DNA of 63,680 bases, filler included, from Asterionella formosa (lineage: Eukaryota): assembly GCA_002256025.1 (NCBI GenBank). It is 15 parts of 15 records of this genome, joined end to end, with 100 filler letters (N's around TTAATTAATTAA, not from the genome) between each part and the next. Parts side by side here need not be neighbours in the genome. Positions count along the whole stretch, not along the records: positions 22,419 to 44,678 come from NKIB01002805.1; 14 more parts are not named here. One strand, written 5' to 3'. A program made the position numbers and the translations under genes. Below are positions 23,731 to 34,600 of this stretch, piece after piece. Numbering within the stretch: position 1 is the first letter of the stretch; each line of letters begins with the position of its first letter. The notes below the pieces were generated by a model. The model saw only the letters and a program-made list of their open reading frames with translations, did no database searches and was not told the DNA's origin.

Positions 23731-26427
23731 ATGACGCTGCCTGACGATTCCATGATGGACATAGACGACGACACTGCAAGTGCGTACGCTAGCATATCCG
23801 CCCAACTGGACACGTGGACTTCGCCTCGATTAGGACAACAACAAGCACACTCGACGTACGAAGAAGACACGGACCAGTGGCTGCAGCAGCAAACCGCTGC
23901 TCCCAGCACTGATGAAGGCGGCCGAGGAACTCCCATTATGAGCAACCAACACAGCCAAAGGTCTCCTGGGGGAGTTTCGTCTCCGTGGATTGAGCCGGTC
24001 ATAGTATCGACCACGCCCTCAAATCCTAGCTACAGAACGCATCACGATGCGCTTTGGCGTTACGTACAAGGTCGGCGGAATCTAGCCCAACGCTTGCAAA
24101 TGGCACGAGACGACGCGACATTGCAGGGCCGAACCTCTCCGGACATGAACATGCTCAAGCGAGACGACTTGAGGATGGATTTGGAGTTGCTTTCTTCGCT
24201 TTCTTCCGATACTCCGTTATTTTCTCTGCTCGCCAGGCTCCGGACGCTGGGGGTGCATTTCATGTTGTGGGACGAAGCTGGCAACCAAAACTCGGAGATT
24301 CGGCAGTATATTAGCTACCTATCAACTCAAAAATTATTGACACCGGCGAAGCTTATTGAAAAGTTGCATTCATCCTCGTCATCGCCACTCATCCTACAAC
24401 GCCGAAATACCATCTTGGAATGGTTGGAAGACTGGAATGCGCAGTCGTTGAACCACTTGCAGCTTCCAAACAATAAAAATGCCATGTGGTCACAGAGTCT
24501 TGAAGCATTGCAAAGGAATTCCATGACCAATAGCAAGGTCACAGCTTTGCACCCTGATGCTCCACTTTTGATCAATGAACCTAACAAGAACAATGACCCA
24601 CTGTACGGAACAGACAATACTCAAGACAAAATTTTGTTAAAGGCCTGTCTTGCATACATTTTGGCAGGTCGTATTGACTTGGCTCAGAAATTTTGTCAAA
24701 ACCAAGGCCAATCATGGCGGTGTGCCATTTGGAATGGTGGCCTTCCTCAAGACACAGTATCTGTCCCCAATGATGACACTCAACAAATGGTGCAGCTGCA
24801 GGTTGGTAACCCGGCCAGATTCTTGTGGAAGCGTCAAGTGGCCAAACTAGTTAAAGTTGTTAACACAGATGAAGAAGCAGCCATTTATGCACTCTTGTGC
24901 AATGATTGGACCAGTGCCTTGTCCAATCCAGTCCTTCGTACTTGGCAAGCTGGCCTATACACAGGTTTCAAATCATTACAGGGTAGATTGGAAGATGAAC
25001 TTTTGCAGTTGGCTGGCAAGACTTGGAATTATGAGAAATGCACACTTGAGCAACTCCAAGCCACATCAGACTTGGCTTATTTGGATGAACCTGGCATTTT
25101 GGAAACCTTGGCAGCCAGCCCATTTGGAGAAATGAGAACGTCAACAACTATGCAAGGTGCCATGGCTTCTGTCTTGGTCGGAAAAGAAGCTGTACTTCGT
25201 TTTTTTCAGTCTGAAGTTATAGCAGAGAGCAGTACTAATAATTTGAGGCAATTGGTACATTTTGTGGTGTATCTTGAGTTGCTCAAGGACGCATCAACTC
25301 CTATTGTCTTGGAAGGGATGGAACAAATAAAAAATCAAGTGGTGCAAGACTATCTTTCACATTTGTCATTGCAGCCATCCTTGTGGCGCTATATAACACT
25401 TTATGCATCATTTCTCCCAAACAATATCATGCTGTCTGTCCTTCCAGACATTCTCTCAAAGATTGAGCTGGATGAAGAACGGCGTACAATTACTACTCAA
25501 TGCAAAGACCTCTTGAATGGCTTTGATGTGGATATTTTGAAGGCAACAATCATGTTGATTTTGTCTAAGACTACATCTAGTGATGCCAGCAAATGCAAAT
25601 CCATTGAGTGGCTAACATACTTTCGTGACCATTTGGCAGAAGGTTTAGTATGTGCCAATACAATTCTGAGGCATTTTTTGATCAGAAACAAATCATTGAC
25701 AGCAACAAACTTCATTCGATTGCATTTGCCGGACAATGTCATAGCCAATGATGATGACAGCAATAGCAATGCCCATCAAGAATTCCGAGCCCTTCGATGT
25801 TATTTGGAAGCAATGGAAGCATTTGAACACTGGAAGCAAGTGATGGTTTGCACAATCCCAGAGACCACTTCAAAATCATGGAACCGTTTCTCACTGCAGG
25901 AGTCCGAATTGAAAATTGCTGATTCAATGGAATGTCGCATGTTTATTGAGCAAAAACAAGAGACTAGCCAAAAGATTGTCAAAGTGGCCCTAGTTGCTGC
26001 AAACAAGCTATTGGAAGTTATCGCCTTCGATGGAGGATGGTTATTAGAAGAAGATGAAGATGATAATATGGAGAATGACAACGAGGACAGAATTCGTCTG
26101 GTTGAACTGGAAAAGTTGAGATTCCAATGCATTCCAGAAGTTGTTGTCATGTTGCTCAATGTTTGTGATGAGACTGCAACATGGATGGATGCATCTTTGG
26201 AAGATGGAACGCCTCGCTTGGGAAAGACAATAAAGGATGTCCTCAAGGTCTTGGACAAGGAGGGTGGAATGTTTGATCCATTGTATTGGATTTGTCGTGC
26301 CAAGGGGGTCATTACAATTGTGGCATCAGATGAGAATGAAATCTACAATGCCTTTGGAATGCAAGAAATGAAGCACTTAAACAAGCTTGTGCAGGAAATT
26401 GCAATTCGGGAACTTGATTATGCTTGA
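23731..26427 (+). CDS. NUP107: Nuclear pore complex protein Nup107/Nup84
   Basis: 898-aa intronless ORF with ILEWLE, LHPDAP, LLKACLAYILAGRIDLAQKFC..GQSWRCAIWNGG, GNPARFLWK, EAAIYALLC, YASFLP and GGWLL..LEKLRFQCIPEVV, as in the Nup84/Nup107 family. Confidence 0.85.
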   Translation: MTLPDDSMMDIDDDTASAYASISAQLDTWTSPRLGQQQAHSTYEEDTDQWLQQQTAAPSTDEGGRGTPIMSNQHSQRSPGGVSSPWIEPVIVSTTPSNPSYRTHHDALWRYVQGRRNLAQRLQMARDDATLQGRTSPDMNMLKRDDLRMDLELLSSLSSDTPLFSLLARLRTLGVHFMLWDEAGNQNSEIRQYISYLSTQKLLTPAKLIEKLHSSSSSPLILQRRNTILEWLEDWNAQSLNHLQLPNNKNAMWSQSLEALQRNSMTNSKVTALHPDAPLLINEPNKNNDPLYGTDNTQDKILLKACLAYILAGRIDLAQKFCQNQGQSWRCAIWNGGLPQDTVSVPNDDTQQMVQLQVGNPARFLWKRQVAKLVKVVNTDEEAAIYALLCNDWTSALSNPVLRTWQAGLYTGFKSLQGRLEDELLQLAGKTWNYEKCTLEQLQATSDLAYLDEPGILETLAASPFGEMRTSTTMQGAMASVLVGKEAVLRFFQSEVIAESSTNNLRQLVHFVVYLELLKDASTPIVLEGMEQIKNQVVQDYLSHLSLQPSLWRYITLYASFLPNNIMLSVLPDILSKIELDEERRTITTQCKDLLNGFDVDILKATIMLILSKTTSSDASKCKSIEWLTYFRDHLAEGLVCANTILRHFLIRNKSLTATNFIRLHLPDNVIANDDDSNSNAHQEFRALRCYLEAMEAFEHWKQVMVCTIPETTSKSWNRFSLQESELKIADSMECRMFIEQKQETSQKIVKVALVAANKLLEVIAFDGGWLLEEDEDDNMENDNEDRIRLVELEKLRFQCIPEVVVMLLNVCDETATWMDASLEDGTPRLGKTIKDVLKVLDKEGGMFDPLYWICRAKGVITIVASDENEIYNAFGMQEMKHLNKLVQEIAIRELDYA

Positions 26428-26629
26428 GTCGACAGAGTATTGTGAGTTGCATCATGCTACATATCATGGTTGCTAACTGCTGCTTTTTCAGTTGCTCATG
26501 CACTGGATTACCAGTAGTGAAGTATGCTAGCCAATTACATGTATGTAAATATGTGTCAACTGCTAAAATTCAAATTCTGAGATTAATTATGCTCCATATT
26601 TGTTGTTGTATATAGTCTTCATCATTGAA

Positions 26630-26848
26630 GGGGAATAGCTTAGTTGGTTAGGTCACCTTCCGAGCTGGCGGGTTCGATTCCCGAATTCTCCAACTGCGTT
26701 GTTTATGTGCGTAGTCCCTTGGGTTCCGGGTGGTGAGGCAGACAACAAGCAGGTCTAAGGCCCTCTGGGGGGTCAAGTGCGACTTCACAACCTCCACAAT
26801 TGCTCAGTTCTTTAACAATAGCGTACTATAAAAATTTACTTTATAATT
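26630..26848 (+). mobile_element. tRNA-derived SINE, copy 1
   Basis: A box TAGCTTAGTTGG and B box GGTTCGATTCC. Perfect 17-bp TSD TAGTCTTCATCATTGAA at 26613-26629 and 26849-26865. A homologous copy lies at 43014-43178. Confidence 0.88.
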
Positions 26849-27618
26849 TAGTCTTCATCATTGAAAATGGTATTTGTGATTATATGAGTTGAGGGATTCT
26901 TTGATTACTATAATCCATTGGACTTTCATATTCTGTCTATGTGTGATTTATCCACTGTTTATATTTGTCATATTAGATGATCAATTATTGACAATGCATT
27001 TGATCTGATGAAGTATGAAGTGACTTGTTTGGGATTCTATTACATTTACTAAAATTATTGCTCTTAATAGACTACTAGCAAATGTAACACATAATTTAGG
27101 TGGCCTTGACCATATCAAAGTGGATTGAAGTGGTGCTTACAAAGGACTGCTCAGGTTAACACATTCTAGATGGGAGTCACACGCCAAATTAAGTGTACTA
27201 GTTAACACACGCGGGTAGCGCTTGTACAGGATAAAACACAAAGTCTTTAGTTTGCTAGCTGCAAGCGTAAGAAATGGATGACACGCCTTCCGTAAACAGG
27301 GAAATGGAATTAACCACCTAAAAATGCACTGGTGCCTCGGTGACACAGTTTAATCCTTACAGTGGCCTGATAATGTCAAAGTTATGAGGGTTGGTATTTC
27401 TTGCTTTCAGCAACTAATCTGATAATGTTAGTCTATGACAGCTATTTTGATGCTCCAGCTCATCAACAACAACTCTAACTTCATTGTTCCTCATTATCAA
27501 ATCCAACATTAGATATTAACTCCACTCTCCATCAGAAACAGACATGACTTCTGGCACATGGGTGCTAACAAGTTGTTGAAATCACAAATGACAATTTTCT
27601 TGTCCTGACATAACAACT

Positions 27619-28814
27619 TTACAACATAAGCGCGAAGCCAACAATTATGATAGCAGTCAAAGCGTCGACTCCCATGACGTTGCTAGAAGGAGGAGTGCTT
27701 GGAACAGGAGGGAGACTTAGACTGCTTGTACCAAGAGCAGGGATGGGACCCGCACTGGGAGTACTCGAAGTCCCGGTGCTACAGCAGGCTTCTGTGTACA
27801 AAGCCTGGGCATTTGTGCAGTTATTGTCCAATGTGGCAGCATATTCAAGCACTGCACAAGAAGTTGAGTTTCCAAAATCATCAATAAGCATCAAGCTTGG
27901 GTCCGGAAGAAGGGTCCCACAAAGTCTGCAAGCACTGCTTGATGATATATTGTTGGAACACGAACTGTCGACAAAAGCAAAATTGAGAGAAGCTATGTCA
28001 GCACCATACAATGGTAGAAAAAGAAGTATACTCACCAATATGCCCCAAAAGTTCCCTGAACGGCGCGGCATTCATCAAGGGATACGAAAGACGAGACTTC
28101 TTGGATGGCCTGGCAATCACCACCACTAATAACTTGGAAGGTTGGATCAAAAGAAGCAGTTCCATCCTCACAAAGTGTGCAGTTTTGTTTGACACCAGGG
28201 CAGCCACATTGCAAAGAAAGATATGCATTAGTTGGGCAATTATCCTGGCCAAAGAATGGAATAACATCATCTAATTCACGACAAGTGAAATTCTGTTCGA
28301 GCACCAAAAATTCATAGTCGGGAATTCCAACAGGCGATCCATCAGGACATACAGAGCATTGCTTCAAAGCGCCAGGACATCCACACAGATAATCAGTAGC
28401 AGTTGATTTGTGAAAGCCATGGCAGGTATCACTGTCAGCCGAATAGGATCGGAGAGCAGCGTTAAGCGATCCACAAGTTTCTCCAGTCATCACTCCATAG
28501 CCTGCCAAATCAAAGAGAGGACTGTCGAAACTGAGATCAGGAGTTCCTACGGAACTTCCATTACTGCAAATACTACATCCCTTATAGTTATTTGTATTGC
28601 ATCCGCACACTGCTTGTTTGTCGGCTGACTGAGCTTCCAAACATGCAGGTGAATTCGGCAACAATTCATAAAAAGTCGACGATTCATACAATTCTTGGCA
28701 AGAAACGTTGCCAATTATGGCTTCTGGATTTCCTGGAGGACCTGCATTAAGGCAAAGGTCGCACAGGGCGGAGGCTCTGGCAACGAGAAGAGCGAAGCTA
28801 AGATGGCACAACAT
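27619..28814 (-). CDS. Secreted Cys-rich repeat surface protein with Ser/Pro/Thr linker and hydrophobic C-terminus (GPI/TM-like); exons 28814-28036 and 27964-27619
   Basis: Signal peptide, then about five CxxC..C..C..CGC modules. A 71-bp GTGAGT..GACAG intron restores GAYCSC and gives 375 codons. Confidence 0.82.
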
Positions 28815-29248
28815 TAAAATGGCGAAAACAAAGAGTTGAAGCAGTTTCTGATTTTATGAATGACTGTTTCAGAAACTGATGCCGATTTTTGTCGACAGAT
28901 TCAACAGATTTGCAACGCCCCATTCATACCGGAAAATATATTTATACACATGGTATCCACTAGGTATGCAATAAAGACCTATGTAAAGATCGTTCGCCGG
29001 CAGCACTGTCATAATCTGAAAGTCTTCGTATGATGTATAAAAACTTGGACTAGACCGGAAACTGGTACCAGGGTACCAGGTACCTGGTACCGGTACTCCC
29101 GGGATAGTCTACCTGAAGGAAAAATCGTCATTACATGAGTATGTACGATATATGCATAACAATTCTTTGTATTTTTGCTTAATAAATTATACTGTACCAA
29201 GTACTTCACGCAAAAACGACATTTACCACAATAATCGGTCATCTTGGC

Positions 29249-29250
<2 letters not shown>

Positions 29251-29304
<54 letters not shown>
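29251..29304. repeat. (AT)n microsatellite
   Basis: Perfect AT dinucleotide run. Confidence 0.95.
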
Positions 29305-29307
<3 letters not shown>

Positions 29308-30212
29308 ATCATCGAAATGACTTCTGTTTACTGGTAGTAAAATCTACCGGAATAAAAAACCAAGAAATATTTGAATCGCCCAGGTAATGACGAAGATACA
29401 TATAGCATACTATGTCAAGAGGTACATGAATCGCCTTGTAAGAAAATGACGACGATACATAGAAAGCAGATTTGTCTACCGGTACTATCCTAATGCAACC
29501 ACATACATTGTCGCCAGGATTAAAAGAAATGCGCATTGTAAATGTATAACTCTAAACTTAAATTTTTTGCATATATCATTCATTTGTCATCCCTCACCAG
29601 TAAAACAACATGCTACAAGTGTCTCCATTTGTGATGCATAAACAAATTTCATCACCATGATGCACCAGAGCTAGCACCCTTGTTCGAAAATGTTTTTGGT
29701 GATCAATTCATCTCAAAATTTAGCCACCATGATGGAGAATGAACTGTTCAACTCAATCAGTTGATTTTTTCAATACAAAAATCCAGGAGTTTACTTGTTA
29801 TAGAATAGAAGTCTAGTGGGTCATCCAGTGCTTGGACCATTAGGAGTAATCATCATTGGTTGTGCCCAATCCTTCTTGTCATCTTTTATCAAAGTCACAC
29901 TGCCCTTGTTGCATCAGAAATTGGTCTGGACGAAACTAATAGCAAGACTGCGCCAGATGTTTTCGTGTAGATTGTACGTTGTTGTGGTGCCAAGAGGAAA
30001 TCATGGCTGCGCCAGGATTTTTGACCATCCGAGCTTGCTTATAAAAAACAACATTCAACACTACAGTGAATAATAAGTTCCCTACATGGGGAAAATTCTT
30101 ACAGCCAGTGTCCCCCTTCCAGCTTTTCCGCTGCCTGTCTATTAAAAAATCCTTTATAGCTAAATTAATATAATGTTTGTTGCACCGACAGTTGGTGTAA
30201 TGATGCAACATT

Positions 30213-30513
30213 GAAATCCGCACTGGACGCTTTTAAGGTAAAATTAATTTGCTTGCTATTTTTGTTATAATATCACCAAGCGAGCGATAGTAACTCGTAC
30301 TGATCTGCTGTTGTTCTCTACATTCATTTGACATTTGAACAGGCCTTTGCAGAAAAGTACTGTTCTTTTAAAAGCAGGAGTAATAGAAGGTTAAATGATG
30401 CAATGTGGAGATCCGCAATGGAGGCTTTTAAGGTAAAACTAATTTTCATAAAGGTTTTTGTCCATCATATCCGCAAAGAGAGCAATAAATCACACTGATC
30501 TGTTACTATTCTG
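30213..30513 (+). repeat. Diverged tandem duplication, period about 195 bp
   Basis: ATCCGCA.TGGA.GCTTTTAAGGTAAAA.TAATTT and ACTGATCTG blocks each occur twice. Confidence 0.6.
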
Positions 30514-31671
30514 TAAAATTTCAGAACAGGACCGTTCTTTTGAATGCATGAGTGTTTGTTGGTGCTGTCTGACTGATGCTGGTGTGTTGCTCTCATTTTG
30601 AATGGCTCCATGAAACAGTTGAATGGCGCATGTGTGTGTGTTGCTTTCTGTTGTAGCTAGTTCCATCAAATGAATTACTGACACACTGTTGCTATGTAAA
30701 TTTTTGCAGGTAAATGAACAAGAAGGCATTTCAAGGACAAGAAGGAAGCCAGTGTGGTGCATTCCTGTTGCAACATTGTCACACAATTCAAGAGTGAAAA
30801 TTGTTCCATTCTGAATGCTGACTACAAAATTGTAGTGTACATGATTACGATATTGCCCTCAGTACCATATTAGTTAGTAAATTCAGATGTTGTTATGATG
30901 TTTGTCAACTGGTTGTTACAAAAGTTGCCTTGAGATAGCCAACAAGCAATGATTATAGTGTTAGCAATTCAACTTTGACAATGAGTGCTGTAGTAATGAG
31001 TAGTCTCTTATCTCAAGAGGGTAGAGTACTTGTGAGAATAAACACTCAGCAATACAGCGTGAAACAAGAGTGATGATTTGTCAATGGTGAAATCAATTGG
31101 CAATAACCAAACAATGTCTTTTTTCAAGGGAATAGGTTGGGCACATAACCTGCTGGGAAAGACTGGAAGAAGGTGATTGACAATGCCAATGAACAAGGAG
31201 AGGATGGAGAATGTGAGTCTATTAAATAACCTGAAAATTTCAAAAAGAGATTGGAAGGTGAGTTTGTTAAAAGAGTGATTAGAATACTGTAGTTTTAAAA
31301 AGTAGAAAAACTAGACACATGGTACTGAATACCATGCGTGTCAGACAGACAGATCCATGTGCAGGATAGACTGCCGGGACCCTGTGGTACCTGGTACCAG
31401 GTACCCACTGGTAGCAGGTACATGGTACCTGGTAGTGATTTATAACAAATTGTGGCAAATCACCACAATGCATTACTTTCCACCAGTTGCCATAATTATG
31501 TGTCTGATGAGTCCTGAGAATGCGGCTTGTTTGTCAACTGCAAGCAAACCTACTAGCACAAGTTATTGCCTCACAAGAAGCAGACAAGATTGTCAATCCG
31601 CCGATGGTTGCAACTTAAAATTGCAGTGCAAGTGCAAACATTTCTCAAGTTGAAAGATCATTCTTGTGGAT

Positions 31672-34600
31672 CTATGAACTCAGGCGTCGTCCAGTCCTCT
31701 TCTTTTTTACCGATGTTTCTGATTTTTCCATGCTGTCTTTCGACTTTAGCGAAGGGGTCAGCGCTAAGGGGACCTGAGGCGGTACGAGGACTGGAGGAGA
31801 CTGCAGGGATCGAATTCGAGCAGGAGGCTCATCCCTAGGTTTCCTTGTGCTCTTTTTCTCGCCCTTTGCCTTCCCTCCTGTTGCGGCGTTGATTTTTGAT
31901 TTTCCAACCTTTTTGTTCGGTGATTTTGAATTTTCGATCTTACTTGGTTCCTCCTCTGTTTCTTTCATCTCGGAATGCTTCTTCCTGGATGGTATATGAT
32001 TCAATTCAGTTGATCCCGCGGCTTCACGAGGCTCTTCCTTCCTCTTTACTGAAATTGGAGTGTCGAATACTTCATCGTTGGTTTCTGAAGGTCGACGGCG
32101 TTCCTTCTTCGTCGTCTTCTTCTCTCTTATTGGAGTCTCGATTACATCGTATGTGGTGCCTGATGAACGACGATGATACTTCGTACCTTTCCTCTCTGAC
32201 ATCGGAGTCATGATTGCAACATCGAAGGATCGACCATGTTCCTTCCTGTTTGCGTGAGTATCGTGAATGTCCCCTGTTCTCACCGATTTTCGTCGTTTTG
32301 ACTTGATTGACTTGTCAGGTTTCGCGATGACCATCTTCGCCTTCGCTACCCTTCTAAACAACTCATCACTCAATGCCCGATCGTCACGAATAAAGCCGTT
32401 TCTAGACTCGGTACGTGGCAAACTTGATGAGCGACGCGGTCTAGCAGCCTTTCCTGTTGTTTCGTTGCATCTATCGTCACGACGTGGATTGAATTCTAGT
32501 TCTCCGTCAGACCCTGTACCTTCCACTCGGAACTTGCTATCATCTCTCGACAGAATGGGCAAATCATCGAATGAATGAGGAGTTTTGCCCTTCTCACGAA
32601 GCGCGAACAAGTCACAGTCCGTTTCCTTCTTGGCTATCGATGCACCCTTATTCATAACAAGGAGTTTAAGCGTCGAGCTCGTCCCCGCAAGGTTACCCCA
32701 ATTTACAGATGTGTCCCGTTCCAACGTTAGTGCCTGACTATCAGTCTTGGATTTTGGTGCATGTTTTTGGATCCCACCACCGAGCGAGCCTCGTCGAATC
32801 GGTTGCGTTGAGCCGTCATGCCCACTGGCCTTCTCGTTGACATGTTTCTTCCCCCCGAATACTAACTTCGCCATGTTCATTGTTGGCAAAACTTGTTTGG
32901 TACCACCACCAGATAGCCTCCGTCTAAATCCACCAGCAGGGGCCTCTATTGGTTTATCGAAATCTTCGACAGAGTTATTGAAGGCTACACCGTCAACGCT
33001 ACCGCTGTCGTCAAGCGGTACATGTTCATTCTTCTTCTTACCAAATCCAAAAATTCCGCGGCCTCGTTGAGCAGGAAATGAAGAACTTTTTTGATGAGAT
33101 CGATCATTTTCTTCGGGTTCACTGGCATCCTGAATAATGAGTTGCAAGGGTCGTGGTTCAGAAGAAAACCCAGTATTTCGAATAGAACTCATTCTGATCA
33201 ATGTTTTTGTGTCTTTCGAACCTAGTGTAACAGTGTTCAATTCGTCGCCCGTTTCATTTTGCTTATGATCAAACAAAGACGTCAGAGTAGTAGCTCTCGA
33301 TTGTTGTTCGAGGCGATCTAACATACTTGGCGTACGAGTCGACTTTGAATGCTTTTCGTTCCCCTCATTGCTAAGGTGTGTACTGGTACTATTCGACGTT
33401 TGCGATGTCATCGAACCTCGTTTCGAAAAGGTTTGACAGGTCGACAGTTGAAATTTGTCAACTGATGAAGATTGAGAATTCAAGGAACCCTGCTTTTGGA
33501 AGGATTGAGTTGTCGAGGAAGATTGAGAGTTTAATGGACTCTGCTTTTGGTAGGCTTGTATTGTCGAAGAGAAATGTTTGTCACTTGATGAAGAGCGTTT
33601 CACTACTTTTAAGGTTCCAAGGTGCGGCTGTGGTGCTGGATTGCTTTGAACTTGTCCAAGTGGTTTCATAGTTGACCATGTATTCCTAGCACGTTCCACT
33701 TTTGATGTTGGTTGCTCTCTGTCATCATCATGGGACAAAAAGCCGGCAGCGTCTTCGGCATCGTCTATAATATTCTTTGTAGCAGTAGCAGTATCGACGA
33801 CGCAAACCTTTGGCTTTCTAGCCTTTCGCTTCTTCTTTTCGATCAGCTCGATCTCGCTGCCAGGCGGTTTCGGCTCAGGTACACCTTTCGAGACTTTCTT
33901 CGATTTCCTTCCTTCTGCGGGAGATTCTCCAGAGCTACGATTCGACTGAACAGGATTTTCATCGAGCTTTTCCTTTCGAATCTTTGGCACGGAGGAGCCC
34001 TCCGACTTTTCTTTGCAAGATTTTACATTCGACGAATCTCGCACGTTCTTTGATTCTGCAACATCCTTCTTCGTATTCGTCACTCTCTTGTTCTTTTCAG
34101 CCTCTTCGACAGTTTCCATAGGATTCTCAGGGAAGGCGCTTGCAGCAAAGAAACTTAACTTGGAATCTTTTTTCTTCTTCTTTTCTTGCACAGTTGAAGA
34201 AATTTGACCCCAAATGTTCAGGACCCCGTTTTCCATCGATTGTTTGACTACTTTCTGTTCTATTTGATCCTGCTCTTCGTTGACTTCATCTACACTAGGG
34301 TCGTGATCTTCAATCTCTCCTTCTGTCTGCCAAGCGTCTTGGAAATTCGTTGGAGGAGCAACTCCACGGTCGAATTCAGAAGGCAATTCGTGCAGGACAT
34401 CACTGTTTGTTGAAGCTTCCTCATCGATCTCGTATTCGGCTCCTTGCAAAGAATTTCTCTGTACAAATTTTTCTTTCAATATATCACTGCTGGAGTCATC
34501 TGAATCGGAATCGTTAAAAAGCTCCAAAGCGATAAGTGCAGCTGCTGCTGCTGTAGAACCGGGTAATTCGCTTTTTCTACCAGCCATAATCGACCCTCGG

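Noticed and set aside
26630..26700. Possible tRNA gene (also at 43110-43178)
   Set aside because: No anticodon arm or proper acceptor stem. It continues into a shared non-tRNA body and is flanked by TSDs, so it is a SINE head.
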